64,000 bases of DNA from Pseudomonadota bacterium (GCA_039196715.1 JBCCUP010000008.1:5488-69487), one strand, 5' to 3'; positions 19,200 through 28,035 are shown, counted from the first letter of the stretch. Translations and numbers: made by a program. Notes: generated by a model not told the origin, from the letters alone.

Positions 19200-20395
19200 G
19201 CGACCGCCCCCACTGCCCGGCCCGCCTCGACAAAGGCGTCGAGCGCCTGATCGAGGTCGGCCTCGCTCAGAGCGGCGGACATCTGCGTGCGGATGCGCGC
19301 CTGGCCGTGCGGCACAACCGGGTGGAAGAAGGCCGACACGAACACACCACGGGCGTCGAGCTCGGCCGCCATCTGCTGCGCCAGGGTGGCGTCACCGAGC
19401 ATCACGGGGACGATCGGGTGGTCGCCCGGCAACACGTCAAAGCCGTGCTCAACGAGGCCGCGGCGCCAGCGAGCCGCGTGCGCGTGCAGTTGCGCGCGGC
19501 GGTCGTCCGCCGAGGCGGCCAGCGCGACACCGGCGATGCCCGCCGCCGTGATGGCCGGCGGCAACGCGTTCGAGAACAGGTAGGGCCGCGCGCGTTGGCG
19601 CAAGGTGTCGATGACGGCGCCCGGCCCGGCGACATAGCCGCCGAGCGCGCCGCCAAGCGCCTTGCCGAGCGTGCCGGTCAGGATATCGGCTGCCACCCCA
19701 CAGTGGCTCGGCGTGCCCGCGCCGCGCGCACCGATGATGCCGGTCGCGTGGCAATCGTCCACCATCAACTGGGCGTCGTAGCGGTCGGCGAGCGCGCGCA
19801 CCGCAGCGAGCTCGGCGATCGTCCCGTCCATCGAAAACACCCCGTCGCTGGCGATGAGCACGTGCCGCGCGCCGTCCGCGCGCGCGCGCTTCAGAACATC
19901 CTCAAGCGCGTTCAGGTCGCCGTTCGCGTAGCGGTAGCGCGAAGCCTTGCACAGGCGGATGCCGTCGATGATCGAGGCGTGGTTGAGCGCATCCGAGACC
20001 ACGGCGTCTTCCGGCCCGAGCAGCGCTTCGAACAGTCCACCGTTGGCGTCGAAGCAGGCGGCGAAGAGAATCGCGTCGTCCTGATCCAGGTAGTCCGCCA
20101 GCGCGGCCTCGAGCGTGCGATGCAACGTCTGCGTGCCGCAGATGAAGCGCACTGAGGCCATCCCGTAGCCCGCGGTGTCGAGGGCTTCCCGCGCCGCGTC
20201 GATCAACGCGGGGTGGTCGGCGAGCCCGAGGTAGTTGTTCGAACAGAGGTTGATCCACTGCCTGTCCGGGGCGTGTCCGTCGAGCGTGACCCGCGCCGAC
20301 TGAGGCGACGAGAGTGCGCGTTCACGCTTGAGCAGGCCAGCCGATTCGAGCTCTGCCAAGGCGTCGTCGAGGTGCGCGAGGAACGCTGAAGCCAT
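19196..20395 (-). CDS. kbl: 2-amino-3-ketobutyrate coenzyme A ligase (glycine C-acetyltransferase)
   Basis: 399 aa in the alpha-oxoamine synthase family. The PLP-lysine region is TLGKALGG. It lies upstream of and overlaps tdh, the classic kbl-tdh operon arrangement. Confidence 0.92.
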   Translation of the reverse strand: MASAFLAHLDDALAELESAGLLKRERALSSPQSARVTLDGHAPDRQWINLCSNNYLGLADHPALIDAAREALDTAGYGMASVRFICGTQTLHRTLEAALADYLDQDDAILFAACFDANGGLFEALLGPEDAVVSDALNHASIIDGIRLCKASRYRYANGDLNALEDVLKRARADGARHVLIASDGVFSMDGTIAELAAVRALADRYDAQLMVDDCHATGIIGARGAGTPSHCGVAADILTGTLGKALGGALGGYVAGPGAVIDTLRQRARPYLFSNALPPAITAAGIAGVALAASADDRRAQLHAHAARWRRGLVEHGFDVLPGDHPIVPVMLGDATLAQQMAAELDARGVFVSAFFHPVVPHGQARIRTQMSAALSEADLDQALDAFVEAGRAVGAVA

Positions 20396-20434
20396 GGTGT
20401 GCCACCCGTGATAATCCAGTATGACGGATACTAT

Positions 20435-20448
20435 TCCTGTTTACAGGA
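20435..20448. promoter_or_regulatory. inverted repeat TCCTGT-tt-ACAGGA inside an unusually AT-rich stretch (about 20405-20495) immediately upstream of kbl; a second hairpin GAATCC-N8-GGATTC lies at 20469-20488
   Basis: Read directly from the sequence. It sits in the kbl promoter region and is a candidate operator. Confidence 0.35.
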
Positions 20449-20507
20449 TATAGCAAGATCACGGAAGTGAATCCCGAATAGCGGATTCTGATGGCGCTGA
20501 CCGAAGG

Positions 20508-21074
20508 TCAGGGGTTCTTGACAACCAGCAGCACGCGCGCGTGGTCCGCAGCGCGGATGGCGTGCGCGACATCGGCCCGGTAGCGCACCGTATCCCCGGT
20601 CCGCGCCTGCACCGTCTCGCCGTCCGACCACACCTCCACCTCGCCGTCGAGCACTGTCAGGTGCTCCACACACCCGACCCGATGCGCCTCGCTCTCGAGC
20701 CTCGCACCGGCATGCAATGCGATGTCGTACACCTCGGTTTGGCCAACATCCTCCGGCCCACTCAGGATGCGGAAGGCGCAGCCCACCGTTCGGTCGTCGA
20801 TGACCGGTACCTGGTCGGCCGTGAGGTGCTCTCGGATGGCCCTGGCCTGGTGGTCATCGGCGTCGAGCAAGGTGCCGAAGTCAACGTTGAGCGCCTTGGT
20901 CAGCTGCCAGAGGCTTGCGACGGTCGGGCTGGACTCACCGCGTTCGATCTGACTCAGCATCGAGCGGGATACGCCCGAGAGCTTCGACAGGGCGTCGAGG
21001 CTCAGACCCTTGCTGGCGCGCTCCTCCTTGAGCCGGCCAGCGAGCCGCTGGGTGATTTCGGGGCGCTCACTCAC
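20508..21074 (-). CDS. XRE-family HTH transcriptional regulator with C-terminal cupin sensor domain
   Basis: The HTH reads LSKLSGVSRSMLSQIERGESSPTVASLWQLTKAL, and a cupin domain with HAGAR...H follows. The start is taken as GTG 21072-21074; the ORF-track extension to 21242 was rejected. Confidence 0.75.
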   Translation of the reverse strand: MSERPEITQRLAGRLKEERASKGLSLDALSKLSGVSRSMLSQIERGESSPTVASLWQLTKALNVDFGTLLDADDHQARAIREHLTADQVPVIDDRTVGCAFRILSGPEDVGQTEVYDIALHAGARLESEAHRVGCVEHLTVLDGEVEVWSDGETVQARTGDTVRYRADVAHAIRAADHARVLLVVKNP

Positions 21075-21082
21075 ACGTGTGA
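21071..21082. promoter_or_regulatory. 12-bp perfect palindrome TCACACGTGTGA overlapping the regulator's start codon
   Basis: Exact palindrome read from the sequence. It is a candidate autoregulatory operator. Confidence 0.4.
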
Positions 21083-21129
21083 CACCTGCGTGACCGGGCG
21101 GACCGCCCGCCGTTGGGGTCGACGGCGTC

Positions 21130-22866
21130 TCACGGCACGCGGGACTCGACCGCATCGAGAAAACCGAACATGTCGACCACGTTTTCATTGTCCGGGTCCC
21201 GGGTCTTGCCCTTGAGGTCACCGGTGATGGTCCCGGCGTCAACGGTATCGATCAGTGCGCGTTTGAGCGATTCGGCGTAGGCGTGAAGCGCGTCGTTGCT
21301 CTCACGCTCGGCAACGTTCTCGAGGGCGTTGGCCAGGGCGTACAGCAGGGCCGAGGAATTGAACAGCGCTTCCTTGCCGTCGGACTCAAGGTACTTCAGA
21401 TACAAGTCGTGCGCGGTGCCGTGTGGCGCCTCGTACAGCATCGTGCCGTCGGTGCTCTCGATGATCGAGCTGGCCGTGGCGAGGCTGCCTCCCAGTGCGG
21501 CCGAGATGTCGGAGAAGATGTCGCCGTCGAGGTTCTGTGCCGGGTACAGGGCGTTGCGCGGCGGGTCGGTGATCATCTTCTTGAGCTGACTCGAGGGCCG
21601 CATGATCATGAACGACGGCGGCGGCGTGTCGCGTTGCGCGAGTTCTTTTCGCACCTGGGCGATGACGTTGCTGAACACGTCGTCGTATTCCATGTACTCG
21701 CGCTTGAGGCCGAAGTAGACCTCCTTGTCCTTGCGCGAGGCGTCGCGAAACACCTGCGACACCCAGTCCTTGATGGCTTCCCGGTCGTTGCTCATGAACA
21801 GCACCGGGTCGCCTGCCTTGACGCGGCGGGCGTGCACTTCGCGGCCGTCGAGTTGCACCTTGAGGATGCCGTCCTCGGCCATTGCCGCGTTGTAGCTGCC
21901 GTACTGGTCGCCACCGCCGGCGCTCATGCGCGAGATCGACACGTGGGCCTTGCGCAACGAAATGCCGTGCACTTTGAGCTCTTCGACGAGCTTGAGCAAC
22001 TTGCGGCCACTGGTGTTGTCCGGCACACCCCAGAGGGCGCGCTCCGGCGGGTTGGCGACAAGGCGTGCCGCCTGGGCGTCGATCAGCTCGTAGTGGTAGG
22101 CGATGCCAGCCTCGGCAAACCGCGTGCGGTACGCGGACTCGAAAACGCCCTCAATGGCCTCGCGCATCACGCCGTCGTAGCCCGGGATCACGGTGTCCTT
22201 GAGCCCGAGATAGGCGTCCCGCTTCTCCTCCAGCGCACGTTGGAAAAAGGCGTGCGCCCAGGCATCCACGTCGACCATGTCGTTGGTCGCGAGCAACCAG
22301 GGGTCGCCCTTGTTGATGAACCGCCGGTGCAGCTCCTCCGGGTCCCCGCTGCTGCCAACAAACATCAGCTTGACCACACCGGTTGCGTCGGACAGCGCGT
22401 TCGCGCTGTCCTTGATGCCGCCGTGCTCCATTGTGAACACATCGATGTCGCGCCCCACCCAGCCGGGTCGCTGCAGCTCGATGTTGCGAAACTGGATGTC
22501 CTCGCGCGTGATGTTGCCGCCGATGCCCTTGCGGATGGCGCCGTTCGGCGACTTGGTAGCGAGCCGGTCCAGCTCGGCTTCGACAATGTGCGGGTGCTTG
22601 GCCAGCAGGTCGTCGAGTTGGCTGCGGTTGACCGTCATGCCAGCGTTCTTGATGCCCACGCCGTGCGTCTTGAGCGCGTCGATGGCGTCGAGCACCGCCT
22701 GGCCGTTGGACAACAGCCGGTTCTCCGCAGTGAGATCGATCTCGACCAGGTCGATGTCGAGGCGCTTGCGCACGAACTGCTCGAGAATGCGTTCAAAGGC
22801 GATCTGCGCCATCTCATCCCCGTGCAGGACAACCAGGGGCTTGGCTACGGAAATCTTGTCGGGCAT
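21130..22866 (-). CDS. NADP-isocitrate-dehydrogenase-family (subfamily II, eukaryote-type) beta-decarboxylating dehydrogenase, atypically long (about 578 aa)
   Basis: Hallmark blocks are collinear with eukaryote-type IDH: LHGDEMAQIAFERI, KSPNGAIRKGIGGNITRE, DGDIFSDISAALGGSLATASS and a C-terminal DTVDAGTITGDLKG. About 170 extra residues are inserted relative to the ~410-aa enzymes. I prefer the start ATG 22864-22866. Confidence 0.65.
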   Translation of the reverse strand: MPDKISVAKPLVVLHGDEMAQIAFERILEQFVRKRLDIDLVEIDLTAENRLLSNGQAVLDAIDALKTHGVGIKNAGMTVNRSQLDDLLAKHPHIVEAELDRLATKSPNGAIRKGIGGNITREDIQFRNIELQRPGWVGRDIDVFTMEHGGIKDSANALSDATGVVKLMFVGSSGDPEELHRRFINKGDPWLLATNDMVDVDAWAHAFFQRALEEKRDAYLGLKDTVIPGYDGVMREAIEGVFESAYRTRFAEAGIAYHYELIDAQAARLVANPPERALWGVPDNTSGRKLLKLVEELKVHGISLRKAHVSISRMSAGGGDQYGSYNAAMAEDGILKVQLDGREVHARRVKAGDPVLFMSNDREAIKDWVSQVFRDASRKDKEVYFGLKREYMEYDDVFSNVIAQVRKELAQRDTPPPSFMIMRPSSQLKKMITDPPRNALYPAQNLDGDIFSDISAALGGSLATASSIIESTDGTMLYEAPHGTAHDLYLKYLESDGKEALFNSSALLYALANALENVAERESNDALHAYAESLKRALIDTVDAGTITGDLKGKTRDPDNENVVDMFGFLDAVESRVP

Positions 22867-22885
22867 GGCAAGCGACACCACTCAG

Positions 22886-22975
22886 TGTGAGACCCGGCTA
22901 GGATAGCTGACCAGTCCGGGTGGCGACCACCGGGTAGCGACTACCGGGTGGCGACCACCGAGGGACAGTCTCACA
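22886..22975. promoter_or_regulatory. 3 x 14-bp tandem repeat CCGGGTRGCGACYA (22916-22957) bracketed by an 8-bp inverted repeat TGTGAGAC / GTCTCACA, 50-100 bp upstream of the IDH-like gene
   Basis: Read directly from the sequence. Each unit is itself a GGTGG-N3-CCACC-type dyad. It is a candidate regulator-binding array or structured terminator. Confidence 0.45.
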
Positions 22976-22981
22976 GGCCCG

Positions 22982-23476
22982 TCAGATGCCTTGAACGCGC
23001 TTGGGCGCCCGCCGCGGTCGCGCTGCAAACAGCACCGGTGCCCAGAACAGCACCGAGCTGGCCACACCGAGAACCGCAATGCCGCTCAGCAGCGCAACGC
23101 CGATGCCGAGCGCGCCGAGCACCACCGTGCCACTGGTGATACCGCCGAGCCACACCGACCCACTCCAACTGCTGCCGGACAGACCGGGCAGCTCGAACCC
23201 CCCGAGCAGCAGCAACACCGGGCGCACCGAGAAAGCCACCTGCCCGGGACGCACCAGCCCCCACACCACGCCGGCCGCCAGCAGACCCACAGCGTACGTG
23301 ACGTTCAGCGGGGCGCGCTCGAGGTAGGCGAGCCAGACGCTGGCGGTGCCGACCGCGGCCACGCCGCAGGCCAGACCGCCGAGCAGCCCGACACCGATGC
23401 CGATCACACGCGTCACGAGACCCATGGTGTTCACTGCTTGGCTGAGGGAGGACCGCTGTCGCGCAGATTGCATGCC
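22982..23476 (-). CDS. hypothetical small membrane protein (Gly/Ala/Leu/Val-rich, about 165 aa)
   Basis: ORF immediately downstream of the MFS gene with a hydrophobic composition. It could be a GC-rich spurious ORF. Confidence 0.3.
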   Translation of the reverse strand, partial: GMQSARQRSSLSQAVNTMGLVTRVIGIGVGLLGGLACGVAAVGTASVWLAYLERAPLNVTYAVGLLAAGVVWGLVRPGQVAFSVRPVLLLLGGFELPGLSGSSWSGSVWLGGITSGTVVLGALGIGVALLSGIAVLGVASSVLFWAPVLFAARPRRAPKRVQGI

Positions 23477-23505
23477 AGCGCTCGGCCGATACCGCCCGAC
23501 GGCGT

Positions 23506-24873
23506 TCAGCGCGGCCAGTGCCGATGGTGCTCGTCGATGACAAAGGGGTGTGCGTGCCTGGTCGCGGCGTGGTGGTGCGGGTGCCGGTGCGGCTCCGGGC
23601 CCTCCCACCCCTCGTGCACATGCTGGTGGTGATCGTCATGGGTGTGCAGGTGATCGTGGTCCAGTGCGTCGTGACGGTGCAGCAGCGCGTCCGGGTCATC
23701 GCGCGGCCAAAGCCGCACAGCGAGCAACAAGGCCAGGCCCGAAATGGCCGCATGGAGCCAAAACCAGACATCGACGGGCAACACCGCGCCGAGAAATCCG
23801 GCACTGGCGTACGCCAGCAACCAGATGCCGTGAGAGAGTGAAAAATTGGTGGCAAACAGGGCGCTGCGGTCGCTGTCGTGACACGACGCAATGATGATTC
23901 GACCCGAGGGTGTCAGGATCAGAGAGCCACCGACACCCACGAGAAACCAGACGAACAGCACAGCGGTGTGGGAACGCGTTGCAACCCCGAGGCCCAGACC
24001 GAGCAGTGCGACCAGCGCGCCGGACAACATCACGGTGCGTGTGTCGGTGCGCCGCAACAGGCCCGGCACACTCCAGGCCGCCAGAACCGCACCAACGCCC
24101 GCAGCACCGGCCGTCAAGGGCACCCAGTGCTCGGGCAGTTCAAAGTACTCCCGCACCAACACGACCGTGTTGACAATGACCAGGGCGCCGCTGAAGGAGA
24201 CGACTGCGTGCAGCGCCAGCAAACCGCGCAACCGCGGCGTCCGGGTGTAGGCGCTGATGCCGAACAGCAGATTGTGCAGCACGCCGCCGGCACGCTCGCT
24301 GGCCGCTGCCGACGGTACCCGACTCCACCAGACGAGCGCGGCAGAGCCGATCAGCAACACCGCCGAGAGGGCATAGAGTCGCGTGTGGTCGGCGACAAAG
24401 AGCAGCCCCGCGGCGAGCAGCGGACCCGCCATGCCCTCCAACTCCTGAGCAAGCCGAGACCAGCTCAGCGCCTTCACGTACTGCTCGTCGTCGAGGAGAT
24501 CGGGAATCGCAGCCTGGTATACCGGCGTGAACGCAGCCGAAAACATGTAGAACACCGCAACCAGCAGCACAAACGCAACACTGGAACCGACCACAGCCAA
24601 CCACAGCAACAGGCCCGCGCGGGCCAGATCGAGGGTGACAAGCCAATTGCGCCGCGGCAGGCGGTCGATGTACGCACCGACCACCGGCGCAACCGTGACG
24701 TAGACGAGCATCTTGCCGATCAGCGCGGTCGCGAGTAACGCGCCCGCTGCGTCAGGTCGAAAGGCGTGCGCGCTCAGGGCGAGCGCGACAACAACAAGGC
24801 CGTTGGCCACGAGTGAGAGCAACTGCGCAGCAAAGAGTCGCGCGAAGGCCCGGTTTTCGAGTGGTGAGGTCAT
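23506..24873 (-). CDS. MFS transporter with a histidine-rich C-terminal cytoplasmic tail
   Basis: 12-TM MFS core with start MTSPLENRAFARLF. The C-terminus reads HDALDHDHLHTHDDHHQHVHEGWEGPEPHRHPHHHAATRHAHPFVIDEHHRHW. It lies downstream of the riboswitch-cobW unit. The ORF-track extension to 25239 was rejected. Confidence 0.75.
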   Translation of the reverse strand: MTSPLENRAFARLFAAQLLSLVANGLVVVALALSAHAFRPDAAGALLATALIGKMLVYVTVAPVVGAYIDRLPRRNWLVTLDLARAGLLLWLAVVGSSVAFVLLVAVFYMFSAAFTPVYQAAIPDLLDDEQYVKALSWSRLAQELEGMAGPLLAAGLLFVADHTRLYALSAVLLIGSAALVWWSRVPSAAASERAGGVLHNLLFGISAYTRTPRLRGLLALHAVVSFSGALVIVNTVVLVREYFELPEHWVPLTAGAAGVGAVLAAWSVPGLLRRTDTRTVMLSGALVALLGLGLGVATRSHTAVLFVWFLVGVGGSLILTPSGRIIIASCHDSDRSALFATNFSLSHGIWLLAYASAGFLGAVLPVDVWFWLHAAISGLALLLAVRLWPRDDPDALLHRHDALDHDHLHTHDDHHQHVHEGWEGPEPHRHPHHHAATRHAHPFVIDEHHRHWPR

Positions 24874-25024
24874 CGCTTGGCACGCCCACTGGCGATCTGG
24901 ACTACCGGCATTCTGCGGCCACCGGCTGTGCCGCAGCAAGCACACGTGGCATGACCGCCTGAACGCTGTTGCCACCGGAGCGCGCGGCCCGGATTCAGCA
25001 GCGCGCGCCGACCCGCGAACGGGG

Positions 25025-26085
25025 TCAGGCCACCGGCCGAGTCTCGAAGTGGGTCTCCAGGCGCGTCTGGTCAAGATGAAAGCCGATACACACCAGGCGC
25101 GTGCGACGCGCCTCATCATCGCGCCAACGCCGATCGAAATGGGTGTCGAAGCGCGCACCGACCCCCTGCACCAGCAAGCGCATCGGCTTGTCAGGTACGG
25201 CGGCGTGGCCCTTGATCCGGAAGACCGTCTCCGCCCCAACGAGAGCGTCCAGGCCGGCCTGCAGCGCCTCGGGTGTCATCGGCGGCAGGTCGAGTACCAC
25301 GTGGCTGAACACGTCGTGCGCGTGGTGGTGGTCTTCGTCGTGGTCGTGGTGGTGGTCGTGGTGGGTGTGGATGTGGTCGATCGCGTCCTCGGCCGCCGCG
25401 CCCACACCGAGCAGCACACTCGGCGAAACAGCGCATTGCGCAGTCGGCAACAGCTTGACCTCGCGCGGCAGACGCGCGGTGATTGCCTCCGAGACGCTCG
25501 CCAGGGTGTCGTCCGACATCAGGTCGGTCTTGTTGACCAGCACGAGATCGGCCGCGCTGAGCTGGTCGTCGAACAACTCGACCAGCTCCGGTGTGTGGTC
25601 GAGGCTGTCGTCGGCGAGCCGCTGCGCCTGCACCGCGTCCGGGTCGTCGGCAAACCGACCGGCGGCCACCGCCGGCCCATCGACCACCGTGATCACCGCA
25701 TCGACCGTGCAGGCTGTGCGGATTTCCGGCCAGGCGAAGGCCTGCACCAGCGGCTTTGGCAGGGCGAGCCCCGAGGTTTCGATCAGGATGTGGTCGATCT
25801 GGTCACGGCGTTCGATCAACTGCTCGAGCACCGGATGGAACTCCTCCTGTACGGTGCAGCAGATGCAGCCGTTGGCGAGTTCGTAGATGCCGGGGCCGGA
25901 CTCGGTTTCGTCCTCGCACCCGATCGAACACTGGCGGACCAACTCGGTGTCGACGTCCATCGCGCCGAATTCGTTGACGATCACAGCGACCCGCAACCCT
26001 TCGGTGTTTTTCAACACGTTCTGGACCAGGGTGGTCTTGCCGCTGCCGAGAAAGCCGGTGACAACGGTGGCGGGCAACTTTTTCA
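25025..26085 (-). CDS. cobW: COG0523 GTPase metallochaperone, CobW-like (cobalamin biosynthesis cobalt chaperone)
   Basis: P-loop GFLGSGKTTL, metal-binding GCICCT, His-rich stretch HIHTHHDHHHDHDEDHHHAHD and a C-terminal CobW_C domain. The start ATG is at 26083-26085. Confidence 0.85.
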
Positions 26086-26508
26086 TGCGGGTGACTCGTC
26101 GAAGGGGGGCATTCGGGCGATGAAGTGGCCCTTGATGGCGGCAGGCCACTGTTTGTACGGTACGCGCCCGCTTTCGGACTGCGTGTAGAGCGCAGCGTAC
26201 GCAGCGAGCGCATCGGCCGACTCGGCCGACGGCTCAAAGCGTCCAATGACATAGCTGTATTTTGAGGGATCACACAAGTGCACATTGCAGGCGTGATCGC
26301 AGGCCATCAGGCACTGGACCGGACGTAACGACACATCGGAGTCGGCGAAGGCCGCCTGAAGCCGTTGCAGAAAGTGCTCGCCGCCACTCAGCCCGTCGGG
26401 CGCATTGGCCGCGCGATCCCGGTTGCAGGTGGTGCAGACGTGGAGCACGGCGGCGGAGGTGGATGACGCGGTCTCGTCCGCGCGTGCGGCAGTCGGTGTT
26501 CGGTCCAA
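26083..26508 (-). CDS. DUF1636 metal-binding protein (thioredoxin-like [2Fe-2S]-ferredoxin fold), commonly linked to cobW
   Basis: Cys/His motifs HVCTTCNRD and CLMACDHACNVHLC. The TTG start at 26506-26508 is preceded by GGGGAG. Its stop overlaps the cobW start (ATGA). The ORF-track N-terminal extension overlaps the riboswitch and was rejected. Confidence 0.65.
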   Translation of the reverse strand: MDRTPTAARADETASSTSAAVLHVCTTCNRDRAANAPDGLSGGEHFLQRLQAAFADSDVSLRPVQCLMACDHACNVHLCDPSKYSYVIGRFEPSAESADALAAYAALYTQSESGRVPYKQWPAAIKGHFIARMPPFDESPA

Positions 26509-26534
26509 AGTGAGCTCCCCGCTCGTCGGAACGT

Positions 26535-26725
26535 CATGCGACGGCAGGTCTCCTGGCTCCGGGTCACCGTGTGACGCGCCTTCCCGGTCCGGCGGGGTGC
26601 CGAGACCAGTGGCGTGTGCGGCACACTCCACCGTTACAGTTGCGGGGGCAGCTCGGGCATGTCACCCGATTCCCTTTTTTACACCTGCGACCCAGGTGGG
26701 TGGCAGGTGACCGATCGCTGGCGCC
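26535..26725 (-). promoter_or_regulatory. cobalamin (AdoCbl) riboswitch, RF00174-like
   Basis: The minus-strand sequence contains the canonical blocks in order: GGTCGCAGGTGTAAAAAAGGGAATCGGGTGA ... CCCCGCAACTGTAACGG ... GCCACTGG ... CGGGAAGGC ... GAGCCAGGAGACCTGCC (the B12 box). It sits directly upstream of DUF1636-cobW. Confidence 0.85.
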
Positions 26726-26811
26726 GAGTGTACCAGCAATCCCCGCCACACTCGCGTCGATTGCGACACCGGCCGCGCCGCGCACGACCCTCGAAGGACC
26801 CGCAAACGCGC

Positions 26812-28035
26812 CTAGGGTAACTCGCGCGCGAGCCGCACCAGGTGGCTCATGAGCCGCAGGAACGGCAAAGTCACCATGCCGGCCTCGTTGTTCCAGGTGC
26901 CGACCACGCAGGCCGTGCGCCCCGCGGTGTCCTCGAGCAGGAAGCTCTGGTTGATCACACCGGGCTCGGACCCACCCTTGTAGGCCACGCGGGCCCAGCG
27001 CGACGGGTCGAGGTGTCCGGGGTTCTGCACCACGGCGGGCGCGAACCCGACGGCACGCAGCGCAGCGCAGAGCTCACGCGCGCTCAAGAACCATTCGACG
27101 TCGAGCGCGACCGGGCCGGCATCGAACACCGAGAGCGGTGGCAACGGTCTCGACGCGAGTGCGTCGAGCACGCCCCGACGGGCAGCCGTGTCACCCACCC
27201 GCCACTGGGCCAACAGGTCGGCGTTGCGCGGGTCCTTGAGCCGGAAGACCGCGCCGGTGTCGAGAAACGGCGTGTTCCTTGGTGAGAGCGCTTCGAGCGC
27301 GTCGCGTCCCAGCGCGTCGATCAGCACATCGGTCGCGGTGTTGTCGCTCAATCGGATCATGTCTTCTGCCAGTGTGGCGATGCGGTGCGCCGAGCCGACC
27401 GGCGCGTCCTGCAAGCGGCCGCTCGGCAACGAGACGTGTTGCTGCGCAAGCGAGAGGCTCGCGTCGGCGGGGAGCCGGCCCGTGGCCTGCTGTTGCTGCA
27501 AGGCGCGCAGCACCAGCAGTTTGAACGCCGAGCCGACCGCAAGCGGCGTGTCGGCGTCGCGGGCAAACAGCAGCTCGCCATCGCGCTCGACGAGCAGGCT
27601 CACGGTGCCGCCAAACTCGGGCAGGACCTGTTCGATGTCCGCACGCGTTGGCGGGGTGCGCGGCTCGGTCAGGTTGAACCAGAGCGTGGTGAAGCCGCCC
27701 TCGGCGTCGAGCCGCGCAAACACCGGCACGACCGCCTCGTCGAAGTCGAGCAACCAGAAGGCCTCGTCCTCGCGCACGCCGCGTAACGCGCCGTGCGCCT
27801 CGAGGGTGTCGTCGCGGATGCCGGCCACACTGTCGGCAAACCCGGTGCCGCGGATCGCCGGTGTGAAGAACCCCTCGCGCACCTCGGCCGCGTTGAACAA
27901 CCGGGTCAACGCGGCGGGCACCGCGTCCGGTGCGGACGCCGGCGGCGATGGCGGTGCCGCACAGACTGCGAGTGCCGTGGCCAGCGCCAGCAGCCACGTG
28001 AGCCAGGCACCTCGAGCGAACCCGGTCCGCGTCAA
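26812..28035 (-). CDS. beta-lactamase-fold serine hydrolase (class A-like motifs), predicted lipoprotein or secreted
   Basis: Signal/lipobox-like N-terminus LLALATALAVCAAP. Motifs SAFK (SxxK), SDN and KGG (KTG-like). About 190 extra N-terminal residues precede the hydrolase domain. Its TTG start overlaps the cobO stop (TTGA). Confidence 0.65.
   Translation of the reverse strand: MTRTGFARGAWLTWLLALATALAVCAAPPSPPASAPDAVPAALTRLFNAAEVREGFFTPAIRGTGFADSVAGIRDDTLEAHGALRGVREDEAFWLLDFDEAVVPVFARLDAEGGFTTLWFNLTEPRTPPTRADIEQVLPEFGGTVSLLVERDGELLFARDADTPLAVGSAFKLLVLRALQQQQATGRLPADASLSLAQQHVSLPSGRLQDAPVGSAHRIATLAEDMIRLSDNTATDVLIDALGRDALEALSPRNTPFLDTGAVFRLKDPRNADLLAQWRVGDTAARRGVLDALASRPLPPLSVFDAGPVALDVEWFLSARELCAALRAVGFAPAVVQNPGHLDPSRWARVAYKGGSEPGVINQSFLLEDTAGRTACVVGTWNNEAGMVTLPFLRLMSHLVRLARELP

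Noticed and set aside
21283-22890. 535-aa plus-strand ORF antisense to the IDH-like gene
   Set aside because: No motifs. The complementary strand carries collinear IDH-family blocks.
26508-26631. N-terminal extension of the DUF1636 ORF proposed by the ORF track
   Set aside because: This segment contains the cobalamin riboswitch core, including the B12 box, so translation through it is implausible. A TTG start with a GGGGAG RBS downstream fits better.
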